A DNA stretch of 63,463 nucleotides, filler included, from Folioceros fuciformis (taxonomy: Eukaryota): assembly GCA_049999805.1 (NCBI GenBank). It is 14 parts of 14 records of this genome, joined end to end, with 100 filler letters (N's around TTAATTAATTAA, not from the genome) between each part and the next. Parts side by side here need not be neighbours in the genome. Positions count along the whole stretch, not along the records: positions 1 to 4,327 come from JBNGIO010001980.1; positions 4,428 to 12,283 come from JBNGIO010001981.1; 12 more parts are not named here. One strand, 5' to 3'. The notes below the pieces were generated by a model. That model was not told the DNA's origin, ran no database searches, and was given only the letters and a program-made list of their open reading frames with translations. The position numbers and the translations under genes were made by a program. Position 1 is the first letter of the stretch. Each line of letters opens with the position of its first letter. Below are positions 1 to 11,677 of this stretch, piece after piece.

Positions 1-180
1 CCCAGACACTTGGTATGGCCATTGATTCGCCCAAAGTACCATGGTCCAAGGAGACCTTGGGTACAAATACCCTTGTCTTATTCTCAACCTAGGCCGTTTT
101 CCTCACGCTTTCACAAAAAAAATAAAAATCCACCAAATCTGTCACTCATGAAGGGGGTTATGAATTTTTTTTTCCTCTAC

Positions 181-1391
181 ATATGGGCAGAAGCTATAGT
201 GTGTGCAACTTACATCTTGAATAGAATTGTCACAGCAGCACTCCCTGGTAGAACTCCATATGAGGCCTTTTGGGGTAGAAAACCTAGTTTGCTACACTTG
301 AAGGTCTTTGGTTCTCCTGTCTTTGCCTTGGTCCCTGAACCAAAACATAAAAAGTTAGATAACATGTCTAAGCCCCTTATTTTTGCTGGTTATTTTAAAG
401 AGTCTAAGGCCTAAATTTTTTTTGATCCAGCCATATCAAAAAATACCTTGTCAAGGAGTGCTACCTTTGCTGAGCATGCTTCACCTTGTTTAGACTCCAC
501 AGTAGAGTAGCTTTACTCCTCATATCCTCTTGTTTTATATGATGACCTCTTCCATGGTTTAGAGATAGAGCCTACCCAAGTGTCCTACCATTACCCTGAG
601 TCAGATGCTGAGGAACTTGAAGCTACTCTACCAGCTAATATGGGTGATGTTGAGGATGGTGACGAAGAAGCAAGCCTTGAAGCTGAGGATCAAGGAAATC
701 CAGATCTTGTAGCAGTTCCAGATTTCCTTAATCCCCTGGAAGGAGATGACAGTCTATAGAGTCGGAGGGCTCTCATGTTTCTGAAAATCTGGTTTCTTAT
801 GAGGATGTATTGGCTGAAGGTGCTGATGCAGGCGAACCAATTGCAGTTAACGAGCCTCCTCCATCTCGATATCCTACAAGAGAACATAGAGTACATGAGA
901 ATTGGGCAGAGCCCTCATATCAATCAATTGATTTCTGGAGACCATCTGCACATGTGATGAATGTACATGTACTTGAGGTTAGACCTAATCCACATAGCTA
1001 TGAAGAAGCTCTAAATAGCCCTGATGGTAAGCGCTGGCGTGTCTCCATTGATGAAGAGTACAATTCCCTGATGAAGAACAACACATGGGAGTTAGTAGAC
1101 TTACCAACTGGTCGGAAGCCTATCTCGTGCAAATGGGTCTTCAAGACCAAGGTGAATTCAGATGGCACTATTTCTCGGTACAAATCCAAGTTGGTTGTGA
1201 GGGGGTTTAGTCAAATCCCTAGCGTTGACTATGGAGACACATTCTCGCCAATTGTGAAGCCACCGTCTATTAGGATTCCGCTCGTCATGGTAGCTAAGTT
1301 TGATATGGAGTTACATCAAATGGATGTGTGTAAAGCATTTCTTCATGAAGAGCTTGAGGAAGACTTGTACATGTGTCAACCCGAGGGCTTT
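181..1391 (+). mobile_element. Degraded Ty1/copia pol fragment (integrase C-terminus to start of RT)
   Basis: Integrase end WAEAIVCATYILNR...TPYEAFWGRKPSLLHLKVFGS; RT start NNTWELVDLP...CKWVFKTK...RYKSKLVVRGFSQ...HQMDVCKAFLH...YMCQPEGF. Internal stops; cut at 1392 by an LTR terminus. Confidence 0.92.
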
Positions 1392-3340
1392 TGTGGAGTG
1401 ACCCTCTAGACCAAAGAATCACCAAGAGGCCCACATTAACCCTGTTATCGTTGAAGTCCTAAGATTCGTTTCCAAGGGAGTGATCTCATGCCAAGGTAGT
1501 CAACCTCAGCTATCCTAACGTGCTAACCTGATCCTACCTATCAGCGCTGTGGAGGAAATATTGTACCCAGGGGTACCGCGAGGTCCACACAAACCCTCTA
1601 TGTCATTATAGCAGCGGGATTCGATCCCAAGGGAATGATTTGTGCCAAATAACACAAGTTTCTTCTAAAAGTCGGCTTCTACCTAGGTTAGACCTTACCT
1701 ACCTCCGGTTCTACTACCTACAGGTTCCACTACCACTACCCCTCAGACGGCCTAACTACCACAACTCGAGTCTACAACCCCAAGACCCGTTCCGCCACCG
1801 AGGTAGGGGTCTCTACAATTGCTGACTTTTCAACGACCAGTAGCTGTTTCCACTTCCGGGGTGGGTCCCACCTCTAGCTCCTAACTAATACGCGTCGTTT
1901 CGGGTATCACCGCGGGTTTCTACTCGGGGTTTCTGAGCAGTAAGTCGGGGTTACTTAACTTCCTACAAGCGCGCATTCAAACAATTAGACTCCACGGCAT
2001 CGCACCCTTCGTCGCCGCTCTCACAACACTTCCACACATGCTAGGTCCTGCCATATAGATGGATCTCACGGTCGCACTCACTCTCAGCAACTGTTGTATT
2101 CCTTCAGCAGTTGTTCAGCACTCTCTTACACCTCGTCCTGGGAACAACACTCATCACAACTCCCATGCTCGCAGCACAACCCATACACGCCCGGCTTCAG
2201 TGTACAGACATTTCTGACAACTCATTCAACAACCACGACTCCTCCTACAGTTTCTTATCCACCCCACGTATCACACTCCCTTAACCACACCCATGCACAC
2301 AGAAGTCCTTCAGCATCTCCTCAACCACTTCATCGCCACTCTATATCTCTCTTAGGTACGCCACTGTGGAGTGGTACTTGCACCCAAGAACCACCAAGGG
2401 CCACACTTCCCCCTTATTATTGTCGTAGCACTAGGATTCGCTCCCAAGGGAGTGAACTAGTGTCAAGGTCCCCCACAATCTCGCCCACACTGCCCAAATC
2501 TAATCCTATCTATCAGCCGGCTCCTAGACCTAACCACCTGTGGAATGGAACTTGCACCCAAGAACCTCCAAGGGCCACACTTTCCCCTTATCATCGTCGT
2601 AGTACTAGGATTCGCTCCCAAGGGAGTGAACTAGTGTCAAGGTTCCCCACAATCTCCCCCTCACTGCCCAAATCTAACCCTATCTATCAGTCGGCTCCTA
2701 GACCTAACCACACTATAGCAAAAAGATCAGAACCCTGCCTTCAACACCAACCACAGCCCCAGTTGAATGAGGACTCAACATCATCTTCAGCTCCCACTTC
2801 CAGCTACGGGTATCAGCCGCCTCAGCAGCTGAGAGGAGGCCCTAGCCCTGGCCTCGACCTCCACTCTCAGCCCTAAATGCCAGCCACCCCAGCAATTGAT
2901 TGAGATCTTCAGCACCTAAGCTCTTCACCCCAGCATAACAACTCCAAACTCCAGCCCTTCAAGTCTCTACTCCAGCAACTCAAGTCTCTACTCCGGCACC
3001 TCAAGTCTCTACTCCGGCACTTCCCCAACACTTCAAATCTCTGCTCCAGCACTTCAACTCTTCAACCCTTCACCATCACGTCTCACTCTTGGATTTTGGA
3101 ACACAGTAGCTCCTCACTTGCAGTCCTTGAGGTAGGGATGTGCAGACCCAGGCTGGATAGCCTCCTCGGCTCACAGCCCTACAATCCGTCACCTTGGAAA
3201 CCCCTTAGGGACGTCAAGGTACCCCAACCACCCAACCAGCATGCAAGATAGGCCAGCCCCTGCGGATCTGGCCACCCAGATCTCGGTGATTTTGGGAGCC
3301 GCCACGTTCCCCTAGTGGCATGGGGAATCAAGGCCAAGGC
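1392..3340 (-). mobile_element. Stack of nested Ty3/gypsy LTR segments (TGTGG...CCACA family)
   Basis: TGTGG termini at 1392, 1548, 2365 and 2539 share a core resembling gattcgNtNccaaggga(a/g)tga. 2365-3340 is similar in reverse complement to 38110-38739, and 1548-1680 matches 15848-15975. Confidence 0.75.
2365..2712. repeat. 174-bp tandem duplication of an LTR end
   Basis: 2365-2538 and 2539-2712 are near-identical (tgtgga.tgg.acttgcacccaagaacc...cctagacctaaccac). Confidence 0.9.
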
Positions 3341-4327
3341 ACATCTGACTACCAGGAGACTATTGGTACGTGGATGACTCCTATCAGGTACAGGCTGTGA
3401 GTGCTCCTCGACCACCACAGTCCATTCGGCCATCTTTCCAACCACCAGGACCTCCTGGAATGAGGTAGGTCCTCGTCCAGTATCTCCAGGCCATTGGAGG
3501 CCAAATCCGTCCCAGCGTCCACAAGTGGTGGCAGCAGGTTGTTGTTTTAATTGTGGCTTGCCGGGACACTATGCTAACGAGTGCACAGAGCCACGTAGGC
3601 AACTTGGATTTGCACTGTTTTGTCAGGTGTGTAAGGATCCAGGGCACAGGGCTGGGGATCCGAGGTGTTCGGGCATCCCTAGGCCTGCGCTGCCTAGATC
3701 CGGAGTGAGGATCACGGAGGCACCGCAAGAGGGACTTCCTCCTGCAGTGGAGACAACAACTCCGGTGACAAGCGCACCTGTGTTGTCGGTGGAGGCTGAG
3801 GAGGAGCCTTTGATTGACTCTCAAGCATTTTCTGGCATTGTGGAGGAGGGATATTCAGGCGAAGCTAGCGATAGTGAAGAAGTCATGGTGGCAAGGGTCA
3901 CCACTCGTTCTGAACGTCGTTATCGAGAGAGGACGAAGAAGGAAGAGAAGAGAAGTAGGAGGGAAAGTGACAACACTCCTAAACCATCGGAGGCAAGGGA
4001 GGAACCACTCATCCAGCAAGGGAAGAATGATGTGTCAACTGGACAAGAGGTTAATCCACCTCATCGAGAGGAAGGTGAACTAGATGAAGGAGAGGTTGAA
4101 GAATCAGCATTTCCACCCGACATCAGCAAGGAGGTTGCTGCAATGCTGGAGGAAGAGCTGACTAGGCTGATGCACCCGTCTAAGAAGGTCACGTTTGCAG
4201 ACCCTCTTGTGACAGGGGTGGTGGAGAGTGCAAGTCCCTTGGAGAAGGAACAGGAAGGAGAGAAGGTTGATCGAAGCGAGGAGGATGGAGGGATCAATCC
4301 TCCTAAGACAACAACAGCAAGGGAGGC
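3341..4327 (+). mobile_element. Ty3/gypsy gag fragment, near-identical to 43250-44237
   Basis: Zn knuckles CFNCGLPGHYANEC and CQVCKDPGH. Nucleotide sequence almost identical to the element at 41585-45929, with a 1-nt deletion near 3467 (atgaggtaggtcc vs atgaggtatggtcc). Confidence 0.93.
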
Positions 4328-4427
4328 NNNNNNNNNNNNNNNNNNNNNNNNNNNNNNNNNNNNNNNNNNNNTTAATTAATTAANNNNNNNNNNNNNNNNN
4401 NNNNNNNNNNNNNNNNNNNNNNNNNNN
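4328..4427. other. Artificial contig spacer (N44-TTAATTAATTAA-N44), first of 13
   Basis: Identical 100-bp spacers with six-frame stops also at 12284-12383, 17205-17304, 23804-23903, 28512-28611, 37033-37132, 41485-41584, 45930-46029, 47116-47215, 51722-51821, 54368-54467, 59633-59732 and 61714-61813. Confidence 0.98.
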
Positions 4428-4995
4428 ATCCTGTAGTGTAGGTTGTTCATGAGATAACTCTAAAAGTAGTCTAAGCTATAGATTAGGTCTCCCAACTAAT
4501 TAGGCTACAATTTAATTTTTTAATATAGTAGTTTTTTGAAAACAAAAAACATCACATTTACAAGTTTTATGTATATCCAAGACTTGCTTTGATCAATCCT
4601 CTCACTAAGAAAGATTAGAAAGAGAAACAGAGAGAGAACTATATGATACAATATATGATCTGTTAAAATTAAAAATACTTTGAGAAAATCAAGTTTATGG
4701 TGTCCAAAACCCTCAAACCCTGAAACTTGGTAACTATTTATGTTAATTTTCTAAATTATAAAGGGTGAGTGTAAGATCTTAATTGCACAATGATTTGTTA
4801 TCCAACTTCTTATGATTTCATAATTGATGTAAGAGTAAGAATTTGTATGCAAAATTAGAATACAATCTTTAATAATTGAATATACACAAACAATTACAGC
4901 ATCTAATCTTCTACATAACTAAAAGTAACGTTCTTTTCTTCTTTGTGTAAAGTATACTATCTTATTACAACTAATATACAAACAATAGAAGAAAA

Positions 4996-5595
4996 ATGGT
5001 AAGATTTTCAGTAGATGAGGATGACTTTAAGAAATGGACATATGATGTTGGTGGACTATTATTCTTGGGTGAAGGAAATTTCACGATTCCAGTAACAGGA
5101 ACTAAAGGTTATCTATGGAGTAGACCCTCGATTGCAGATCGAGTTGAGAGACAATTTCGTCCTAAGAGGAAGAAGAAGGGTAGTCAGTACTTTGCATTTT
5201 GGGATGTTAGAGCTTTTGAGCATAGCTCAAGGGAAGATAGGGCTCAAATGGTTGTTGATGGAATAAAACCACAAAGCATAAAGAATGCAACTAAAGCTCA
5301 TGTTAAGTATGTTAGTGAAATAGTTCAAGCTTATGTTAATAAGATGGTGAGATATAGAAGCTTAGAAAAGATTGCTATCCATGGGTACATCTATCCTGTC
5401 AAGAGAGTTCCTCCACCCATAATACCTACTGAGACACCTTTGGAGGAAGATAGGTTAACTATTAAAGCTCTAGGTTACCCATATTATCCCACACCTAGTG
5501 TTCTAACTAACACCTTAAAGTTTCCTCAACGTCCTGTGTCTCAATTTATGACTCTTAGAAATCTCCGTGCATTGAGTACATGTAACTTAAAGTAA
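4996..5595 (+). CDS. Intronless AT-rich orphan ORF, 199 aa, unknown function
   Basis: Open 600-bp frame with ATG in a good context (aaaaATGG) inside very AT-rich DNA where long ORFs are unlikely by chance. No family recognised. Confidence 0.5.
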   Translation: MVRFSVDEDDFKKWTYDVGGLLFLGEGNFTIPVTGTKGYLWSRPSIADRVERQFRPKRKKKGSQYFAFWDVRAFEHSSREDRAQMVVDGIKPQSIKNATKAHVKYVSEIVQAYVNKMVRYRSLEKIAIHGYIYPVKRVPPPIIPTETPLEEDRLTIKALGYPYYPTPSVLTNTLKFPQRPVSQFMTLRNLRALSTCNLK

Positions 5596-6198
5596 GCTAC
5601 CAGCATACTAGTGGTTAATTTATACGTAGATGGTTAGTTAAATATATAATTTGATAAAAAAGAATTAAAACTGGGTTTTCTTCCTTTAAAAATATAAGGA
5701 GTGAAAAGTTGTGGATATCAATTTGTGGTCATGAGAAGTGCAGTTTAAGTAGATAAAATTTTGATTATAAATAAACAGTTTAATGAAATGTTATGTATTT
5801 GAAGAGTTTTGAGTTCAGAGTTTTGGGACAGTTTTAAATCTTGTCTTAAATCCTGTGCTTGTTGTGGGTGTTTGCTAATGTGAATTGTTATGGCGTGGCA
5901 TGAATAAATGACGGGATAGGCGGGAGGGGGATGGTCGTTGGGTGACTGGAATTGGTCGAGCTCGCTGTCTTCGGACTGATTTGTCTTTGAGCGGAATCGG
6001 CCGGGAGTTGTTGATGATTCGAGTCATTTGGAGAAGTTTGCTGGAACGCTTTCTGCGGATTACGGGCCTCCTACGTGTGCTACAGGCCTGCTTCAGCTTG
6101 AGATCCATGGCAGGACGCGGCTGGCAAAGCAGAGCCGGTGAAGGGGCAAGACCTAGCTCGCTGGAGCGTGGCGAGCGTTCGCTTGTGATGCGAGTAGG

Positions 6199-9100
6199 AT
6201 GATGAGACTGATGGCAAGCAGTGTGAGAGGGTTGAGCAAGCTGGAAGCACCGGGGATGCTCTGTGAGTTGCAGGCACTGGGAAGAATGCCGAGCCTCTCT
6301 CAGAAGCTCATGGCGTGTACGCAGCCTCTGGGATCCGGACTGTTTGTGGTTAAACCGGCCTGGAGTCGGTACTTGATTTTGCGGGTGCGAATGAGAGGTT
6401 TTGTTTTGAGGCCTTGTCCGGGTCACTCAACATCGAGCAGACTGGAAGGTATGATATGTATGTTTTTTTTTGTACGGTGGGAGAGCAGATGGTTGGTTAC
6501 GTGGTTTGAATCCCGCTTCGGATGAGGTTGATGATTGTGGTATGTATGGGATGGCAGCGTCGAGGAATGTTAGTGCTACTAATCTCGCCAGTCAGAGCTT
6601 CACGTCCGGCAGTCCAGATGTGATTTGTGACAGTGCTACCAGCAATGACGTCCCTCGACCGAGCTCTGTGGTGAGCGGTTTCTCTGCACCTGAATCGCGA
6701 GCTTGGTTTGGGTGAGGAATGCCGATGTGCGAGCACGTTTGCATCTCGTTTTTGTGACGGTTCGATGTTTGGAAGCTCACGTTCTTTCCTTTGTGAGTGA
6801 CTAGAGGCTGGCTGACGAGAAGCTTATTCGGGCCATTATGTTTGAAGCATCCAAGGGTTTTCTTAATGCTATGGGGAAGAATACAAGGTTGCTGTGTTGC
6901 TATTCTGCTAGCGACCAGCTTGAGATTGTTTCGAAGTGCTCTGTCCGGATCTTCTGAGCATCTGACAATGCATGGACCTTGTAGGTTTGGCGAGTTCTTG
7001 TACTCTCAGCTGTCGGCCCTTGTTTCGGCGAATGACACAAGCTTGGGTCTGGAAGTTAGGAAAACACTCCAGGCACATGCAGAGTCTTCCAAGTCCTACG
7101 AACATCTGAGCCCACCTGGCAGGTCCAGTCTACTAGATGGGGTGTGTTTGTTGCTCTTGTGGTTCATTTTACCTCCAAACAAATGAGTCTTTTGTCTGCA
7201 TGGGGATGAAGGTGAGGAGTTCTGCAGTGGACACGTGCTGAGACTTCTGGTCTGTTGTTTCCTCTTTGTACATCATTCTCCAGGTTGTGCAAGTCTTGGG
7301 TTTCCGTGGAGTTCAGGATATGGTGGCATTTCAGGAGGCCAATCAAGATCTCCAAGTTCCTAGTGGACATGCTGACGAGCAAGGGAATGTAGGGAGCAGT
7401 ACAGGTTCTGGTGAAGGGACGGCTGGGATCCACAAATGCAGTTCGTCTAGTCCAAAAATATCAGCACATCCAGCGGTTATTTTCGGCAGTAGTGACCCAG
7501 TGGATCTGTATGATCTAGCAAATCTAGGTGACGAGAAAGCGCTGGACGAGTTGCCCAAGCAGATTGAGGTCATCCCGAAGCGAAGGACAAGTACTGCTGG
7601 GTCGCGCACAAGAGTGCGTGCTGTTGATCTTGTTATACGGCACGAGAAGAAAGCACGTGGGAAACTAAAAGCAGGCACAACGTCTACCTGGGATGAAGGG
7701 GTATTGACCACTCCAATCTCTGAAGTTGAAGCCTTGTCAAAGAATCTGCAGTCACGCCTGGCATCGAATGGAATTTTCACGGTATGTTAATTTCCTGTTT
7801 TCAATTTTCCTGTTCCCTTTCCCATTCCACTTGGCAGATGGAAATATCATAGTGGTGCAGTCACTGAAAAAGATATCCTGTTGTGGCAGGTGCGCACGCT
7901 TCTACATCATCTTCCACGCACCTATGTCAATTTTCAGCAGGCAGAAGGGGTGATTGAGGATGGTCAACACCTGTCATTCACGGGAACGATCTTGTCTTCT
8001 AGGTGGAACTCTTATCCTCCTTAGCGCACTGCAGGATCTTGTTTTGATCTGCTTGTCTTCCGTAAAATTGAAGTGAGATCCCCGAGACAAACAACACCTT
8101 TGCAGCTCGCCGCCTTTTATTTTGTCCAACATTTTGCCGCACGAAGCTAACCATCTTTGTCTATGCAGGTGTACATCACTGGGGCCGAGTCTTGGAATGA
8201 TTGAGATTGTGGTGAAGAGTGTTTATGAGCGTCTAAAAGATTCTATAGGTCCAGATGAGTGGCAAGGCACAGACGACTATGAACCTACAATCGTATACCT
8301 TCATTTGAAGAGATTCTTTAAAGGACATAAGTACACAAACCCGGGCTTCCTTCACACGGTGATGTTAACTTATACGAAGCATCCGTTAGTTACAGTAAGT
8401 GGAAAGGTAAGAAACTGGATGACCCATGAGCCTTCTGTCATACGTTGTCCATATTTCATGCTTATTTCTACGTGCCTTCTGTGACTCAGGTTAAGGCTAT
8501 GGCCCTACAAAATCACTTCGAAATCAGGGAATTCAGCTTTGATCCTAGTAGCAGCCCTTCCATTTCCAAACCTGTTGCTGGTACGCCTGGAGTCTCTGGA
8601 CCTGAAGTCAGTAAAAAGCCGTACCCAGTGTACCCAGCGAAGGGAGTTTTGAAGCCTAAAACAATCGAGCTCTGTATACAAAAGTATGTTAAGCATAATT
8701 CTGAAACCTTGTTGTGACGTTAATAATAAGGAGCTCCTTAAGGTGTTCACTGAAATGTTTAGGTGTTCTGTTTGCTAACAGGGTCTTACAGAACTTGCCT
8801 CTGGAATTCGATCCTGTCCCTAAGGAAGTGCGAAGAAAATTCAAATTGCTTGATCTCCGCCAGGTGTCTCACTTGTATTGCCTTTTGTTACACGCATTCC
8901 TTGGGCACTTGAGAAATAATTGTGAGCTGACTTATAAGTTCAAATTGCAGGCCTACCTTGATATACATAATCCGGCAAGTGTAAAGGAGGCTGAGCAGGC
9001 TCGTCAGCGTCTTGTTTTTGATGAATTCTTCTATCTTCAGGTTTGACGTGGCATTTTTCCCTGCATGATTATCTCTTGAATGGTTCATCCACTTTGCGCA

Positions 9101-11288
9101 TCATTACTCACAGCTAAAACCGGGGACGTCTTACAGCTGGGCATGCTGTTACGCCGTCAACAAATTGCAAATGACTGTCTTGCGGCTTCAGGCCTTGCAG
9201 GGACAAATGTTAGTGCGGGTAGCCTGGACCAGGAAAATTGGTCTCCATTGACGTTGAAGCTTGTTAAATCTCTACCTTACTCTCTCACTCCATCTCAGCA
9301 AAAAGCTGCGTCCGAGATAATGTGGGACTTGCAAAAACCTGTACCCATGAGCCGCCTATTGCAGGTGGGTGTCGCGTCCATGGCATAGAACCTCGCCCAC
9401 TGACTTTCAAATTCAGTTTCTTGACGAAAGCGTGGTCTGATTTAGGGGGACGTCGGATGTGGAAAGACAATAATCGCATTTTTGGCCCTTCTCGAAGTTA
9501 TCGATGCAGGTTACCAGGTACCTGGCGTCTCCTTGATGTACAGTCTGTCGTTTTTGAATAGAATGCTTCGGCAGTTTATGGCACTTTTCCTCAGAAGATT
9601 ATTGGCCCCCTGCACTGTTGGATGTAGGGAGCTCTGATGGCACCAACTGAATTCCTAGCTAGTCAGCATCATAAAGGGGTGCTTTCATGGCTGGATGGGC
9701 TTGAAGAGTCGGAGAGGCCTCGTGTGGCGCTGCTCATGGGATCCACTCTCACAAGCAAAGCTCGGGCTATTCGATCTGTATGTGATGCTCTGAGCTCTCA
9801 TTTCAGTTCAGCACAAGATACTAGCCATCTCGCGTAGTTGCGCGTCTTGTTAGCCAGTCCTTATATTCAGTCCTTGATGCGCAGGGTCTGGAGAGTGGGG
9901 ATATCAATTTAATTATTGGGACCCATAGCCTTATATCAGAAAGCGTCAAATTTGCATCACTGGGACTTGCTGTTATTGACGAACAGCATCGTTTTGGGGT
10001 TGATCAGCGAGGACGCCTGCACAGCAAGGTATGTTCTGCTCATGATCAATTGAGTGTGGCCAGAATGTTCAACGAGTTGACGGTACTGGTTATTTTGGAG
10101 TTGTAGGGATCAGCACTTGCCGGTTCAACGCAGAGTGGCGGTGATGACAGCAGTGGCAGACGTATGAAAATGCCCTCCCTCAGTGCACCACATGTACTTG
10201 CCATGTCCGCAACACCCATTCCAAGAACTTTGGCTTTGGCAATGCATGGAGACATGGCACTCAGTCAGGTCAGACGCTTGTGTGATTGTAAACCGGTTGA
10301 ACGTCACATACGAATTTTGGGCTGTAGTTTGGGTTGTAATTTTGGGAGCCATCTTGATGACGTCTCCAGATTACAGAGTTGCCAGCTGGGCGTCCTGAAA
10401 TCTCGACGCATGTTTTTCTTGGCGATAAGGAGGGACGTCAACAAGCTTACGAGGTAGAGTTGGGCTAAGGCACTGACTAGTAATATGCAAGAGAGCTTCT
10501 TTTGATCCAAACCTAATCTGCTGTAAACTCAGATCGTGCACGAGGAACTGCAAAGGGGAGGAAGAGCGTTTTTTGTGTTCCCTGTAATCGAATTATCTGA
10601 GGAACTCCCGGACATTCGAGCTGCTGTTCCGGAATTCAAGAACCTAGAGAGGGAGTTCGAATCTTTCAAATGTGGTCTCGTGCATGGGCGGATGAAATCT
10701 CAAGAAAAAGAAGAAGCAATGAGACTCTTTAAAACTGGGGAGACCCAACTCCTGGTTTCCACGACCGTGATAGAGGTAGGGATTGACATACCAGAAGCTT
10801 CTGTCATGGTGATAGAGCACGCAGAAAGGTACGGTATGGCGCAGCTGCATCAACTCAGGGGCCGAGTGGGCAGAGGGACTAGGAAGTCGATGTGCATACT
10901 CTTTGGCTCCACTCCCAGCTCCCTGAGTCGTCTCAGACTGGTAGAGAAATCAAGAGATGGCTTCTACCTGGCAGAAATGGACCTGAAATCCCGTGGACCA
11001 GGCGACGTTCTAGGCAAGCGTCAATCTGGAAATCTCCCGGAGTTCAGCGTTGCACGCATTGAAACGGATGGAGAGATGCTGTTGCATGCTCGCACTGCAG
11101 CCGAGGTACTTGCTGAGTTCAGTTGGTTGCAGTGGCTGTCATCGTGGGTTTTTATATGAGTTCCGGAGTCTGAAGCCGTCTGTGAATCCATGTACCAGGA
11201 AGTGTTACAAGCCCACCCTGGCTTGGAAGGCCTCATTGCCTTGAGACGGGAGCTGAGCATGCGGAGGGCCCCTGGAGTGTTGGATTAA
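6199..11288 (+). CDS. RECG1: Organellar ATP-dependent DNA helicase RecG homolog (about 17 exons)
   Basis: Motifs RLVFDEFFYLQ, RLLQ|GDVGCGKT (9446), MAPTEFLASQH, DEQHRFGV, MSATPIPRTLA, HGRM, QLHQLRGRVGRG, RGPGDVLG..QSG; plant-type N-terminus HPAVIFGSSDPVDLY and C-terminus ELSMR; stop at 11286-11288. GT-AG introns. Start and first exons (6199-6448, 6489-6711, 6805-~7143) are tentative. Confidence 0.95.
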
Positions 11289-11677
11289 CGTGGAGCAGGT
11301 TCTCAAGTTTTTTCAAACCTAAGGCTAGTGCCCAACAGGTGGTGTCCTGAAATCGTCATTTGTGCGGGCCGCGGATCAAATAGAATGTGACTGTGCGATT
11401 GTGTGACAACGCCTGACCTTTTGCACAGCATCTGGGGATGTCATAGCATCGAACAGCCATTCCCCCAGATTTGTCGTACACACTTTGCTGCTCCAGTCTA
11501 GCTGGCTGCCTCCTCAGGCGATTGGATGGCGAACTCTGGAGACTCAAACCTCTTTGGACTATGAACAATAGTAACCGAGGGTACAAATGCAAGCTACTGT
11601 CCAACGCGAGTGATGTGGCCGCAGAAAACCCACACCTTTCGACAGCCTTAACGCCTTCAACGCTTGTTGTCCTGAGT

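Noticed and set aside
2094-2876. 260-aa Pro/Ser/His-rich ORF (also 16233-16951)
   Set aside because: Lies in C-rich LTR sequence; its internal repeat just reflects the 174-bp duplication.
4372-4383. Recurring TTAATTAATTAA motif in N-runs, and ORFs ending X..LIN
   Set aside because: Artificial concatenation linker; gene order across linkers is meaningless.
4695-5835. Weak inverted similarity (tgtccaaaac vs gttttgggaca) flanking the orphan ORF
   Set aside because: Too short and degenerate in AT-rich DNA to call TIRs.
5875-6426. 183-aa minus-strand ORF
   Set aside because: Low-complexity R/S/P/H composition, overlaps the RecG 5' region, no recognisable motif.
6199-11288. RecG as bacterial contamination or recent HGT
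   Set aside because: Has many spliceosomal introns and plant-type termini; organellar RECG is a known land-plant gene.
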